Positions 1 through 10,995 of a DNA stretch of 20,828 bases are shown here, in pieces. The position numbers and the translations under genes were made by a program. Position 1 is the stretch's first letter; each line of letters opens with the position of its first letter. This DNA comes from Azolla caroliniana (lineage: Eukaryota; Plantae; Polypodiophyta): assembly GCA_043228905.1 (NCBI GenBank), contig JBHGNT010000559.1, positions 1 to 20,828 of the forward strand. The letters run 5' to 3'. The notes beneath the pieces were generated by a model. That model was given only the letters and a program-made list of their open reading frames with translations, was not told where the DNA came from and did not search any database.

Positions 1-1527
1 AGGCACTGACAAGAAAGTTGGCTAGATGGATGTTGTTGCTCCATGAATTCAACTTTGTAATTCAACATCGACCAGGTACACAACACGCGGTGGCGGATTT
101 CTTGAGCAGATTAGATAATGGAGAAATGGCGCAAAAGGATGACGACAACTTTCCGGATGCAGACATTCTACGAATAGCAACTTTAGCAACAAGAATAGAA
201 AAGACTTTTTCAGATCGGTGGTTGATGGAAATGACCTACTTTCTGACCACGGGGTTACCCCCACCACAATTAAGGATGGACGAGAAAAAATGGCTAGCCG
301 TCCAGAGTCGTAATTTCTGTTTAGTCGAAGACATCCTATATCACCAAGGCAGTGACGACATCTGGTGGCACGGAATACGTCAGGATGAGAAGCCAGTGGT
401 TTTATGTGAAGCTCACTGTGGTACGACGGGAGGACATTACGCGGGTGATGTTATGGCTCGGAAAATTTGGCAAGCAGGACTTTGGTGGCCGACTACGCAA
501 AAGGATGCATATGAGTATTGCAAACAGTGCGATTTATGTCAACGGATGGGCCAACCCACGAAAGTCGTGAGAATGCCACATCAACCGGTGTTGCCGTTGG
601 ATCCTTTCCAAAACTGGGGGCTCGATTTTGTGGGGCCCTTTACACCGGCAGCTGCCTGAACCGGAAATAAGTATGTCCTGATGGCCACGGATTACTTCAC
701 CAAGTGGGTAGAAGCAAAAGCACTACGCGAAAATACCGCGACAGTTACGACGAAATTTCTTTACGAACATATTTTGTGTCATTTTGGCTGTCCTATCGAG
801 CTCATCAGTGACCAAGAGAATCACTTTTTGAATACGGTCATCAGCGAACTGACCTAACACTACGTCGTGGTCCACAAAAAGAGTACGTTCTATTACCCAC
901 AGGCAAATGGCTTAGCCGAATCCACGAACAAAACATTGCAAATTATCCTCAAAAAAATAGTCAATGAGAATAGAACAGACTGGGATACCAAATTGCACAG
1001 CGCGTTATGGCATATTGAACCAACTATAAGACCAACATACAATCCATGCCTTTCCAGCTAGCATTTGGGCAAGAGGTCGTAATGCCAATCGAATTTCAGG
1101 TACCTAGTCTGCGGATTCAAGTATGAGACCTGCTAGAGGACAAATCCGAGCAAATACTGCTACAATAGCTGCTCGAACTATAGGCAAGACACGATTACGA
1201 AGCATGGTCATACTGGAACAAGAGCAGCATCGGCGTAAAGCATTTGTGGACCGGCATCGAAATGCACGTGAAAAGGATTTTGTGGTCGGGAAAGCTGTCT
1301 TAGTCTTTCAAACACGGATGGGACAAATGCCAAGAAAATTAAGATTCCGCTGGACGGGGCCGTACTGGATAGTTGGTGCGGAAAATGACACATTTCAACT
1401 AGGCACCCTAGCCGGAGAAGTGTTACGACAAAAAGTGAATGGGTTTCAACTAAAACCCTACCTAGGACCAGTGCCTCCAAACCCGTTCTACGCCATAAAC
1501 GACACGACCGAAGAATCCGTGGATTAA
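1..1527 (+). pseudogene. pol: Element A pol 3' part: RNase H C-terminus and integrase, with stops and frameshifts
   Basis: RWMLLLHEFNFVIQHRPG..HAVADFLSR (RNase H end); HHCC zinc finger (H..GGH..CDLC); WGLDFVGPF; YYPQANGLAE; RFRWTGPY (GPF/Y motif). Broken at 657-659 (TGA), ~855 and ~1010-1190. Confidence 0.92.
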
Positions 1528-1655
1528 TTCATTAAAAGGGACCCACCTGTATTATAATGTAACAATAATATTGTATGTAACCGTTACAAGAAAAGAAAGA
1601 GAAAAAAAAGAAGAAGAAGAAGAAGAAGAGAAGATAGCGACGCTATTAAAAGGAC

Positions 1656-2370
1656 TTGATGCATGCACTAACTTCTAGAGCAAGAACACGCAGCACCATG
1701 ATGGCTCACAGACCAATGAACCCTATGCCACATAAAGAAGAAAATAGAAGGTTTTCTGCACAATACAGAAACCAATCTTCAGCCTCTAACCCTCCTCACT
1801 CTCCTCACTCTCCTCACTCACCTTCCTCTCCATCATACCACAGAGCCCACGTTTGCCATAGCCAGCAAACCTCACCCACTCCCCACGAGTCTCACCCACC
1901 TACGATGCCGACCACTATTTATACCACCTTGTGTAGATGGCTCGTCAAAAAGCAACTGGATGGATACATCAAAGTCGTTGAGGCACCGACTCACCTTGAA
2001 GCCCTGGACATTGCTAGGAAACTCAATATAGACACGATCACCAACGCATCCATCCAGAAGAAGCTTGACTTGTCATCGCTTGGAGAAAGACATTTCGACA
2101 TACCTCCTACGGAAACCTTGCAGATATATTTCGGGGCATATTCAGCATCTGCCAAAGCATAAAGGATGAAGGAAATCCCCGACCCCTTCTTTCGCGAAAT
2201 AGCCAAGTTCTTGTTGGAGGTAGGATGTGTGCATGTAAATGCCTATGGGATGCCAAAGTAGAAGGCAAACATCATCATTGATACCTTCGAAGGGCGCGCG
2301 GTCGATTGGGGGGTAATTACGGAACCAACGTTACGGGAAGGCCTGCACGCGTATGAAGGCAGAAAAAAGC
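1656..2370 (+). pseudogene. Element A 3' extra ORF, N-terminal part (interrupted by B)
   Basis: The frame of ORF 1656-2162 continues through in-frame stops to 2370. After removing B and one AAAGC it reads ...LHAYEGRKK|LRPIIQQYLMILFPP, joining ORF 17578. Confidence 0.75.
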
Positions 2371-2445
2371 TGTAAAAGATTGCTTGCAGAAGCGTTAGAA
2401 AGAACAATACACAAAGAGAGAGAGAGAGAGAGAGAGAGAGTACGT
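2371..2445 (-). repeat. 3' LTR of copia B, U5-side fragment
   Basis: TGTAAAAGATTGCTTGC...(GA)nTACG matches 17123 onward; ends at the element C insertion. Confidence 0.93.
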
Positions 2446-2519
2446 TGTCGCGTTGTTACGCGCGTGCGTGGAGAACAAGGCGGGACCACTGGGGTCTTGG
2501 ACCGAGGAATAGGTGAGAA

Positions 2520-2562
<43 letters not shown>

Positions 2563-3129
2563 CACACACGTATAGACAGAGAAGTGCACGGGGACGCGGC
2601 CCAACAACACAGGAGACACGAGTTGAGAACACTAGTGTATGTATATAAATGTATGTAGATGACTCGAACTGTTACAGCCGATCAGGTCGGCGAGATGGGT
2701 GCCGACGCCTGATCACCCACACACACAGGAGAGCAAGATGGGGATTCTGCCGGAAGCACACGGGCGTTCCACGGAGCAGGATCAACCTCCTGAGAACCTG
2801 CACAAAAGAAAGCTATGGAGAGCAACAGAGAAGAGCTCGGTCCCAGTCCGACATCACTTTGTCCCCTCTAGCGCGTGATCCCATCTCTCCCCCCGTCTCC
2901 CTCTCCTTTATAGCTCAAGGAGGGAGGCCGTTTCACCCGTTTACATCACATTAATTCTCTGTCCTTTTGGACAGAGATACTCCTCGATTTCCCTTATAGA
3001 ATATTGCTACCTAGGATCTAACCTTTGTGCCTACCTATCTACCATACAACAAGGGACGTGCCCATGTGTAAGGGCTGGCTCACACACATAACACATGGTT
3101 TGCGCCTGGGGACGGTTTTCTTCACGACA
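2446..3129 (-). repeat. 3' LTR of gypsy C (684 bp)
   Basis: Direct repeat of 11000-11711; the 28-bp length difference lies in the GA microsatellite. Confidence 0.95.
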
Positions 3130-3146
3130 TCCGCCCCCACCTAACC
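3130..3146 (-). promoter_or_regulatory. Polypurine tract (gypsy C), imperfect
   Basis: GGTTAGGTGGGGGCGGA immediately before the 3' LTR on the minus strand. Confidence 0.7.
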
Positions 3147-5227
3147 GCGCATCCACCGGTATGCGCCAAAATTGGGTTCCTATGGGAGAAAACCGATCCT
3201 TGCTTTTATTCCTCGTTTACCGGTTCATCCTCCGCCTCGGGCTGCTCGTCGTCGTTGTCCATGCCCCCTAACTCCGGCTCCCCGTCGTGTCGTTTCTTGA
3301 ACGCTTTGATCCTCTTCCCCGCTACCGGTATCACCATTCTCGTACCGTCGAGCTCTGCGAGATGGTATGTCCCATTGGCGTTGGCACCTGTTACTACGTA
3401 AGGCCCGAACCACCTCCTCGCAAACTTCTGTGTGGCCCTGTGCTAATTGTCGAGACTGTTGTCGTAGACTAGCACCCAGTCTCCTTCGTCGATCTTCCTT
3501 AGCCGGAGCCGGTGTGTTCGGTCGAACCGGGCTTTGTTCCTTATCCTCGCTACTCGAAGTTTCTCCGCGGCCCGTTCTACGTCCTCTGGCCTCCGCTCAA
3601 GCTGTCGAATCCGCGCCGCCAACAATTCCTCCCGGCTCATCTCATCCCTCCAGTCCACCGTGGCCCACGAGGAGACCGTTCGCTCTGTTGGCATGATCGG
3701 CTTCTGTCCGAACATCAGCTCAGCCGGCATGAACCCGGTTACCGAACTGTGCGTAGTCCGGTCCGCCCACAAGGCATAAGGTAGCAGCTGTGGCCAGTTC
3801 CCAACTCGGCCTCCGCATGCCCGTACTAGCGCTTTGACAATCGGCCCGTACCCGCGCTCCACCTTTCCGTTCGCCTCCGGATTGTACGCTGTGGTGAGTG
3901 AAAGTTTGACTCCTAGCCGGTCGAACAGCTCTTCGGCCTCTTCTGCGTCCAACTCACCATGGTCAGCCACGATCTTCCCTACGCACCCGTATCGGCATAC
4001 TACGTCCTCAATCAAAAACCGGCACACGGCCACCGTCGTCTTGTTCTGTAGGGCTCGGCCCTCAACCTGGTTCGTTAGATCTTCCCGAGCCAGCACTAGA
4101 TACCACATTTGTCCTACCCCCATTGGCATCGTCAGCAAATCCACCATCCACTTGAAGTGGACGGTCGGAGGGTAGGTCGGGTGAAGCTCGTCCCGATGTC
4201 GGATCATGGAGTGCACCTGACAGCTTTCGCAAGTCGTCACGAACCGATGCACGTCCCGGTATAGTCCCAGCCACCAGTACTTCCCCTTTAGCTTTTCGAA
4301 TGTGGCCCACGTTCCACGGTGTCCAGCCCACGGGCTATCGTGGTACGCCGCCAACAAATCGTCCTGTTCCACCTTCTTCACCACCACTCGGAGCGGGATG
4401 TCGTTCCTCTTCTTCGGGTGCTTCCAGATGTATCCGTCCCGGAGAAAGAATCGGTAGGCTTTCTTCCGAATCCAGTTGGGCTCGTCCGTTGTCCATGCCG
4501 CGTCCGATGTCATTGTTTTCAGGAACCTGCCGATCTGCAGCCACTCCCCGTTGTACTTGCTCTCGTCGAAGTCGTTAAGCGTTGGAGAGCATTCCCCGTT
4601 GGTTGTCATGTAAGCCACCTCGAAGAAGTCCACGCCGACTTCCTCGTCCTCTGAAACCATGCCGCCGTCATTTTCGAACCTCGCCCTTGAAAGCATGTCA
4701 GCCATGGCGTTGTCTTTCCCGGAAATGTGTCGTATTTCCCGATTCAGGGACTTGATGTACGCTATCCACTTGAGCATTGCCAGGTCTGGCGTCGCGCATC
4801 CGGAAACCATGCCAAGAATTGGTAGGCAGTCTGTCTCGATAACTACCTTTGCCCCGATCAGGTAGTCTTTGTCGGCCTTTACCGCTGAAACGATACCCTA
4901 GAGCTCGCGTTTAACTTGGGCGTATCCTCGCTGTCGCTCGCTGAGGACCTTTGCGCCGAACCGGATCGGGGAACGCATGCCATCCTCGTCCTCCTAGTTG
5001 ACGACCCATCGGATCCCGGTCGGACTCCTGTCTACCGTTACGTAAATTGGAGTGCTCTTTCCGTAGACAGCCTTTCGGAGCGTCGGAGCCGCGGCAAGTG
5101 CTTCCTTCATCTTCCGGACAGACTCCGTATGCTCCTCTCTCCACTCGAATCTTCGCCCCTTTGTCAGCAACCCGTATAATGGCTCCGCAACGTGAGCGTA
5201 ATGCGGGATCCATATGTGGTAGAACGC

Positions 5228-6678
5228 TGTCGCGAAAATGCGACGGGGATACGTGAACGTTGAGGCAAGACCCCGGGGCCTTTGTCTAGAGGATATCAAA
5301 TTCGTGTATTTATATACTAAGAATTAACCGAAATGAGAAAGATTAACAAATTTCATTAATAAAAGGGAAAGAAAGATTACAATCAATCCCAAGATTGGGA
5401 TTACAAAAGTTTTATCTTATGGAGATGATTAGAATAATAGATTAGAGGAAATAAGAGATTATGATTCTTGAGTGATATGGCTTTGACAAGGAATTTTGGA
5501 TTTTGAGAGCTTGCTTCCGTGTGGATATTATGGTTTACTTGAGTGATAACTTCCGTAGGGAAGATTAGGGTTCTTGGCTTCGATAAGATAAGAGAGCTCC
5601 CAAAGAAAAGGAAAGAAAATTAAGATAACATGGAGAGTCCCTATGTAGAAAAAAAAATGGAATAAATATGGAGTTCCCTCTTGATCATAGCCTTTTCACT
5701 TTTTGTTGCATGGCCTCTACTTTTAGTTGCCTAGCTTTTTCTTTTGGTTGCATGTGACTGTCCACATGACCTTTACTTTTTCCATGCACTCCCTTCTTTA
5801 GTTGCTTGCATCCACATGGCCTTTACTTTAGTTCTCTTCACTTTACTTTAGTTTGTTGCATGATCCAATCTTTCGTCCGTCCGCGTCCAACATCGTCCGG
5901 TAGCCGGTTCCATTTTGCTTGCCGGTCGGTTCCGGTTCCAGTTTGCTTGCCGGTTCCGGTTCCGGTTTTGCTTGTCGACCGGTTCCGGTTTGCTTGCCGG
6001 TTCCGGTTCCGGTTTTGCTTGCCGGCCGGTTTCGGTTTTGCTTACCGGCCGGTTTCCGGTTTTGCTTGCCGGCCGGTTTCCGATTTGCATACCCATTCCG
6101 GTTCCAATTTTGCTTATCTGCCGGTTTCCGGTTTTGCTTACCAGCCAGTTTGCATACCCGTTCCAGTTCCGGTTTTGCTTGCCGACCGGTTCCGGTTTTG
6201 CATACCGGTCGGTTTCCGGATTGCATACCGACCGGTTTCCAGATTGCATACCGGCCCGTTTCCGGATTGCATACCGGCCCGTTTCCGGATTTGCTTACCA
6301 GCCCGTTTCCAGATTTGCTTACCGGACCCGTTTTCCGGATTTGCTTACCGGTCGGTTTCCAATTTTAGGAAATTTGGCCACCATCATCCATCAAGACAAA
6401 GTGGCCAAAGTGCTCTTAGCACAAATGAAAAATGAGGGAGCTCAAGGTGTTTATATAGCCAGGGCCTTAACTTTCCTATCTATGTGGGATAGTTCTAATT
6501 TCTCTATCTAATCAAACTTCATTTTTTCATAACTTGATATGTATTTCTCCATTTTGTATATAGTAAAATACATTTTGAAGCTCTTGAGTATATCCATCTT
6601 TCTATAGTAAGCTACTAATCTAATCTATAATAATTATTTCATTATTTTTTTACATAGTGTGTGAAGATTCACACGACA
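5228..6678. mobile_element. Element D: solo LTR (1451 bp) inserted in C pol
   Basis: Termini TGTCGCG...CACGACA; 4-bp TSD ACGC/ACAC (5224-5227, 6679-6682); removal restores FLGACAFYHIW; no coding domains. CTATATAAA at 6450-6458 suggests minus orientation. Confidence 0.85.
5896..6360. repeat. Degenerate CCGG-rich tandem array inside solo LTR D
   Basis: Repeated ~19-25-bp units such as CCGGTTCCGGTTTTGCTTG and CCGGCCCGTTTCCGGATTGCATA. Confidence 0.92.
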
Positions 6679-8090
6679 ACACGCACGCTCCCAAGAACCT
6701 CCGAACCTCCGTGACCGAGTTGCAGTCGTTCTTCATCGCAGCGATGGCTTCTACCTTAGCCGGAGACGGTTTCCGGCCGTATGGCCCACATAGGTGTCCG
6801 ACGACCATGATCTCTGATTGCCCAAAGGCCGACTTTCCCCCGGAGAAGGTGAGCCTCGCTCCCTCCAACCTCTGCAGCACCTTCTCGCAGTCGTCGATGT
6901 GCGTCGCCACAAATTTCCGGCATCCGTCCGGTCCGATCGTCTCGTCCCTTTTCATCCACCGGGCATCCCTTGATCGGGACGTCGTCCAAAAACGGCATGG
7001 TGATGTCTAGGATACAATCCCTCAGCACTTTGTTCATTGCGTTCACCATGTGAGCCACCGAGTTCGTCCCTCCTTGCGGCAGGGTACACATCCGTACTAC
7101 ACCGAGAGGAGTTCGCATTGTCGTGATGTCTCTGCTCTCTACGGCAAGCTGGAACTGACCGTACCCCGAGTAGAGATCACCGACCGAGTAAATCGACCTT
7201 CCGGCGAAGGCCTCCGCGAACTCGTCTATTGACGGTCCGATTCTTGCGTTTCGAATGGTCATCTTGTTGACCGGCTGCAGGTCTTGAATAAAGCGCAGCG
7301 TGCCGTCCTTCTTCGGCATGGTAAACCACCGATTCGAGTACGGGGCACTCGACGGTTCGAGGATTCCCATCTCGACCTTCTGCTTTAACAGCTCCATCAA
7401 CTTCGGGATGTGAGCTCTGGGTACTGGAATCGGTTTGAGACTCCACGACACATGCGGTACCGTGAATATCACCATCGGTTCCACGACTGTCGGGTCTACG
7501 CACCCGATCTCCTCCGGTGAGAATGCGAAAGACTTCCCGTGCCTTCCGAGCATTCCCCGAAAACGGTCCTCTTCCGCCAGCAGTAGGAAGCCGCCCCCAC
7601 CGATTTTGAGCTCGCGCAGCGTTACGTCGGTGAACATGTGTCCTATGTGGGCCAGATTTCGTAAACTAGGGTCCGACGCAACCCCCTTTATTCGCAACTC
7701 GCTGCCCTCCGGCAAGGGAGCCGCGACTGGCCTCACCTTCCGGTCCATAGTCTTGTACTTCGTGTCCACCCGGGCCGTCCGATCTGACTCGAGCCCTCTA
7801 CAGAAGTCGGCGATGACTTCGTATATCCTTTCCGAACATACCAGAATCGTCCGGTCCTCTTTAAGGACTCCTCCGACTACCTCTCGCAGCTCCCCCAAGG
7901 TATCGTCGAAAGAGACCGCCTCCACGGCTCCGTTAATTTCCTCTCCGAGGCCGAGGATACCACATGCCCGAAGTCGCTCCTCTGCCCTTTTCTTCTTCCG
8001 TCCAACAACGTCGACTATCGTACACCCTCCGTTGTCGGAGAACCAAAATTTCCTACTTATAGTACAGGTCTTCTCCGCTATCGTACATTT

Positions 8091-8156
8091 GTGGGGTTTT
8101 CCCGGAGTGTTCGGACTATCGCGGCCCCACGCCTTGATAGCCCTCTCTAAAAATCC
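8091..8156 (-). promoter_or_regulatory. Candidate -1 programmed ribosomal frameshift signal (slippery site plus pseudoknot)
   Basis: G_GAU_UUU_UAG at the Gag-PR stop; 6-nt spacer; 8-bp stem GGGCUAUC/GAUAGUCC; loop GUGGGG complementary to downstream CCCCAC; the -1 frame is open into RT. Confidence 0.7.
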
Positions 8157-8560
8157 TCTCGGCTTTCGCCCCCGAGGGTCTCGCGGTTCCGCTCATGGTT
8201 CGGTCTCACCGTCAGGAACTGGACCGAGTGACGCCCATCCTTGGTCGAGCCGTTGTCCAGCACCTTGGTCTCCATCCGTGCTGCCGTGATGTACGGTTCT
8301 CCTAGTATAACCGGATGTGAGGACGTCTCCTGCACGAAGAAGTGCTGGTCAATCTCGACATCGCCGATCTTTACTCGTACGTTCGGGCAAGCTCCATGCA
8401 GTTCTTCGGTGGCACGCGTCGCCGCCTGTATTTTCCACCCGTGCTTGGTGTTGATCGGCCATTTTCCCTTCTTATAGAAGTCCATGGACATCAAATTGAT
8501 TTCTGAACCGTGGTCTACCAACGCCACCACTGGTTCATGAACATCTCCAATCTTCACGGG

Positions 8561-9256
8561 TGTTGAGAACTCGACGTTCCTTATGTCCGACGCTCGGCCA
8601 CAACCGAGATTCTTTTCATACACAGAAAAACAGGTAATGAAACGCGACACAAAAGAGGAGAAATGGTACACAGGAGGTATACGTGGAAAACCCCAAAATA
8701 GGGGAAAAAAAAAACCACGGCAGCCCTCAAGCTGCAAACTGTCACTATGCAGAAATATACAACAGTGAGATCACTGAGGCAACGACCTCGTGCTCTCAGA
8801 TCTTCGCCACAGGCGGCGGTTACAACAGAGGCAACGACCTCATCTCTCTCTCTCTCTCTCTCTCTCTCTGTACAGTTACACGCTCTGATTTCTTCTTGCA
8901 CCAACAAGGAAGAATAAATTACCACAAAAAACGACAACTACACAAAAAAAAAAACTAAAAGTTTGCCCTAAGTCATATTTATACTAATATGACTTTTTGG
9001 CTATTTACAAATGTAGCCTCGATGGGCTCCATCCGGCTCTCCGCAGTCGGGTACTCCTCATCCGGTTCATACCGGGCCTACACCATCCGACTCTCCGCAG
9101 TCAGGTACTCCTCATCCGGTTCATACCGGGCCTACACCATCCGACTCTCCGAAGTCGGGTTCTCCCCATTCGGTTCATACCGTTTCGGCCTCGGCCGAGT
9201 TTGTTCGTCGGCACTGTTCTTCTCCCTTCCCATCCGAAGGGACCTGTCTACCAACA
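8561..9256. mobile_element. Element E: solo LTR (696 bp) inserted just upstream of the C protease domain
   Basis: Termini TGTTG...CAACA; perfect 5-bp TSD ACGGG (8556-8560, 9257-9261); removal restores the C frame; (CT)n tract; TATAAATA on the minus strand at ~8976-8983. Confidence 0.9.
9030..9182. repeat. 54-bp tandem repeat, ~2.8 copies, in solo LTR E
   Basis: Units begin CATCCG at 9030, 9084 and 9138. Confidence 0.92.
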
Positions 9257-10977
9257 ACGGGGGTCTCCGTAGTCGCTCTGGCCCAATGCGGCCTCGAATA
9301 GTGGCTCTCCGCCAACTCGTCTTCCAGCACCATGTCCTCTATGTGCGTCATCCACACCTCCACCGGCTTCTCCGGTTCTGTCTCCGTCGACAGCCTCTTC
9401 CTTTTCACCAAGTCTACGATGGAGTCGTGGAACTCCTTCCTGGCGATCCCAAGCACTTCCCTCAGTGATAGTTCCACCTTGTTGTCGAGGATTTGTTCTT
9501 CCAGGACCTTTCGCAGGTCCGTGGATCTTTCGATTTCTGTGCCCAACCGGTACCCGCCCTTCTTGGGATTATCCTGGGCACCGAGTACACCGGCCTCATT
9601 TCGCCTTTGCCCAAATCGAGTTTCATATCGTTGCGAGGGCCCGGCCTCTCTGGTTTTCCCTACCCGCTTGTCCTCTACCAGAGCCTCGTAGTTTTGACAA
9701 GCGGCTTCGACGAAGCCCGTCTTTTCTTCCATCGGGTCACTCCACCCAGTTACCTCCCGGACCCGTTTTTCCGCGCGGTCCACCTCTCCTTTCCTCAGCC
9801 GCGCGCCGTCGATGCCTTCCAGCATCGTCGGCCAGAACCCGGCTTTGTTCATCTTCGGGGCCTCGCCACCTCTGACCCGAATACCAGCTGACGCCGAGTA
9901 GTGGACGGTCTCCGCGTGACGAGCCGCCGCCTCCTCCATCAGCCTTTTCATGCCCCCTCGCCCGACGTTCAGGTTCAGGGCCCTTCGGGTCTCGCTGGCG
10001 TGCACCCGACCGTCCCACAAGTACACCACGTTGCTTCTCATCGCCTCGGCGAAGTCCCTGCAGTCCTTTCGGATGTGCCCAACCGCGTCACACCACATGC
10101 ACCTGTTTCCCGCCAGAGGTTGTCGGTCACGGGCCTATTCGCCACCATCCCTCCATGCCTGGGCAATCTGGAGATCCTTTACCATCCGCATCAGTTCCTC
10201 CAGAGTTGCTTCCCCGGGCGAGCCTTTGACCATGCCGGTCGAAGCCGATCCGGTCTCGAGCCAATCTCGGGTCTCTTCCCTTCGCGCTGGTGGTGTTGGC
10301 TCGAGCTTCCTTGCTGCGACAGAGCCCGCCCCTGTCGATCCTTTGTCAACCCATTCCCGCCGTTTGTCGAAATGGCCACAGACCTTCTTTACCACGGCCC
10401 AGTCGGCCGTCAGCCCGTCATCAGTCTCCAATAGGAGGCCTACTTGCTCCCGATCCCACTCGTCAACTGACTTAACAAACAATAGGACACGACTTGTGTC
10501 CAGAACGGTCCGGTCAAGCACCGAGAGGCGCGCGAAGCGTTCCTCAAACTCCCGGAGGAGCACCGACGCGTTCCTTCCTTTGTCGGGGGTCTCCACCCAC
10601 TCCATGAAGTCCCGCTTCGAAAGTCAAAGCGCATCTTCTAGCCCGTATTTTTCGAGGAGCCGACCTTCGAATTCCTCCCAGGTTTGGCTCTCGGCCCGTA
10701 CCTCGAGCACCTCCGTATGGATGCCCGGCATCGCCACTCGAGGGAATCCGGCTAGACGCCTCTCTTCCGGAATGTCCCTCATTACCATCTCAGCCCGGTA
10801 GGACGCCAAGTAGCTAGTGGCATCCTTCCCACTAAACCGGCCGATCGTACCAACAACCGCCTCGATAGCCCTATCAAGGGCGCCAGTGCCTTCGCGCGCA
10901 CTCACTATATCGTCCACAGCCGAAGCCATGGCTTCTACGAGGTCCGACCCCCTCATCTTCTACTCCTCTGCCGCGTC

Positions 10978-10995
10978 TTCACGTCGGGTTCACCA
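10978..10995 (-). promoter_or_regulatory. Primer binding site, tRNA-Trp (gypsy C)
   Basis: TGGTGAACCCGACGTGAA, 4 nt from the LTR. It is complementary to the plant cytosolic tRNA-Trp 3' end as I recall it (TTCACGTCGGGTTCACCA). Confidence 0.85.

Larger units (their letters stand above)
3206..8153 (-). pseudogene. pol: Gypsy C pol (RT, RNase H, integrase), interrupted by D, with stops and one indel
   Basis: KKDGTLRFIQDLQPVN, DLYSGYGQF, LPQGGTNS, PFLDDVPIKG (RT); rejoined FLGAC|AFYHIW across D; VIETDCLP, NAMADMLSR (RH); H..GH..CESC, WMVDL, ADHGE, NGKVE, RWFGPY (INT); natural stop at 3206-3208. Confidence 0.92.
8147..10956 (-). pseudogene. gag: Gypsy C Gag-protease ORF (~703 codons after removing E), two premature stops
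   Basis: ORFs ending at 10624, 10135 and 9175 share one frame; CCHC knuckle CMWCDAVGHIRKDC; rejoined TTETPV|KIGDV across E; protease ALVDHGSEINLM...VILGEPY; ends EDF*. Confidence 0.9.

Noticed and set aside
2353-2954. ERERER and SLSLSL ORFs here and at 10817-11882 and 17081-17344
   Set aside because: They are translations of LTR sequence and GA microsatellites.
3206-3445. Chromodomain at the C integrase C-terminus
   Set aside because: After the GPY motif there is only a short acidic tail and then the stop.
5806-6511. Five overlapping 127-209 aa ORFs
   Set aside because: They are by-products of a stop-poor tandem array inside solo LTR D, open on both strands with no domain signal.
6940-6960. 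Frame changes at ~6950 (C RT) and ~13862 (B RT) as programmed frameshifts
   Set aside because: They lie inside conserved RT cores and I saw no convincing slippery-site-plus-structure arrangement, so decay indels or sequence errors are more likely.
8561-8737. Hydrophobic N-terminus on the protease ORF 8147-8737, resembling a signal or TM segment
   Set aside because: It is chance read-through from solo LTR E; the true upstream sequence resumes at 9262.
9030-9182. CRISPR-like reading of the 54-bp, 102-bp or CCGG repeats
   Set aside because: The units are head-to-tail without unique spacers, there are no cas genes, and the context is eukaryotic LTRs.
7435-10801. Long plus-strand ORFs 7435-8289 and 9950-10801 as antisense genes
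   Set aside because: They are shadows of GC-rich gag/pol coding sequence on the other strand and have no independent motifs.
10978-10995. tRNA-Trp gene
   Set aside because: Only the 3' 18 nt including CCA are present, at the PBS position, with no cloverleaf.
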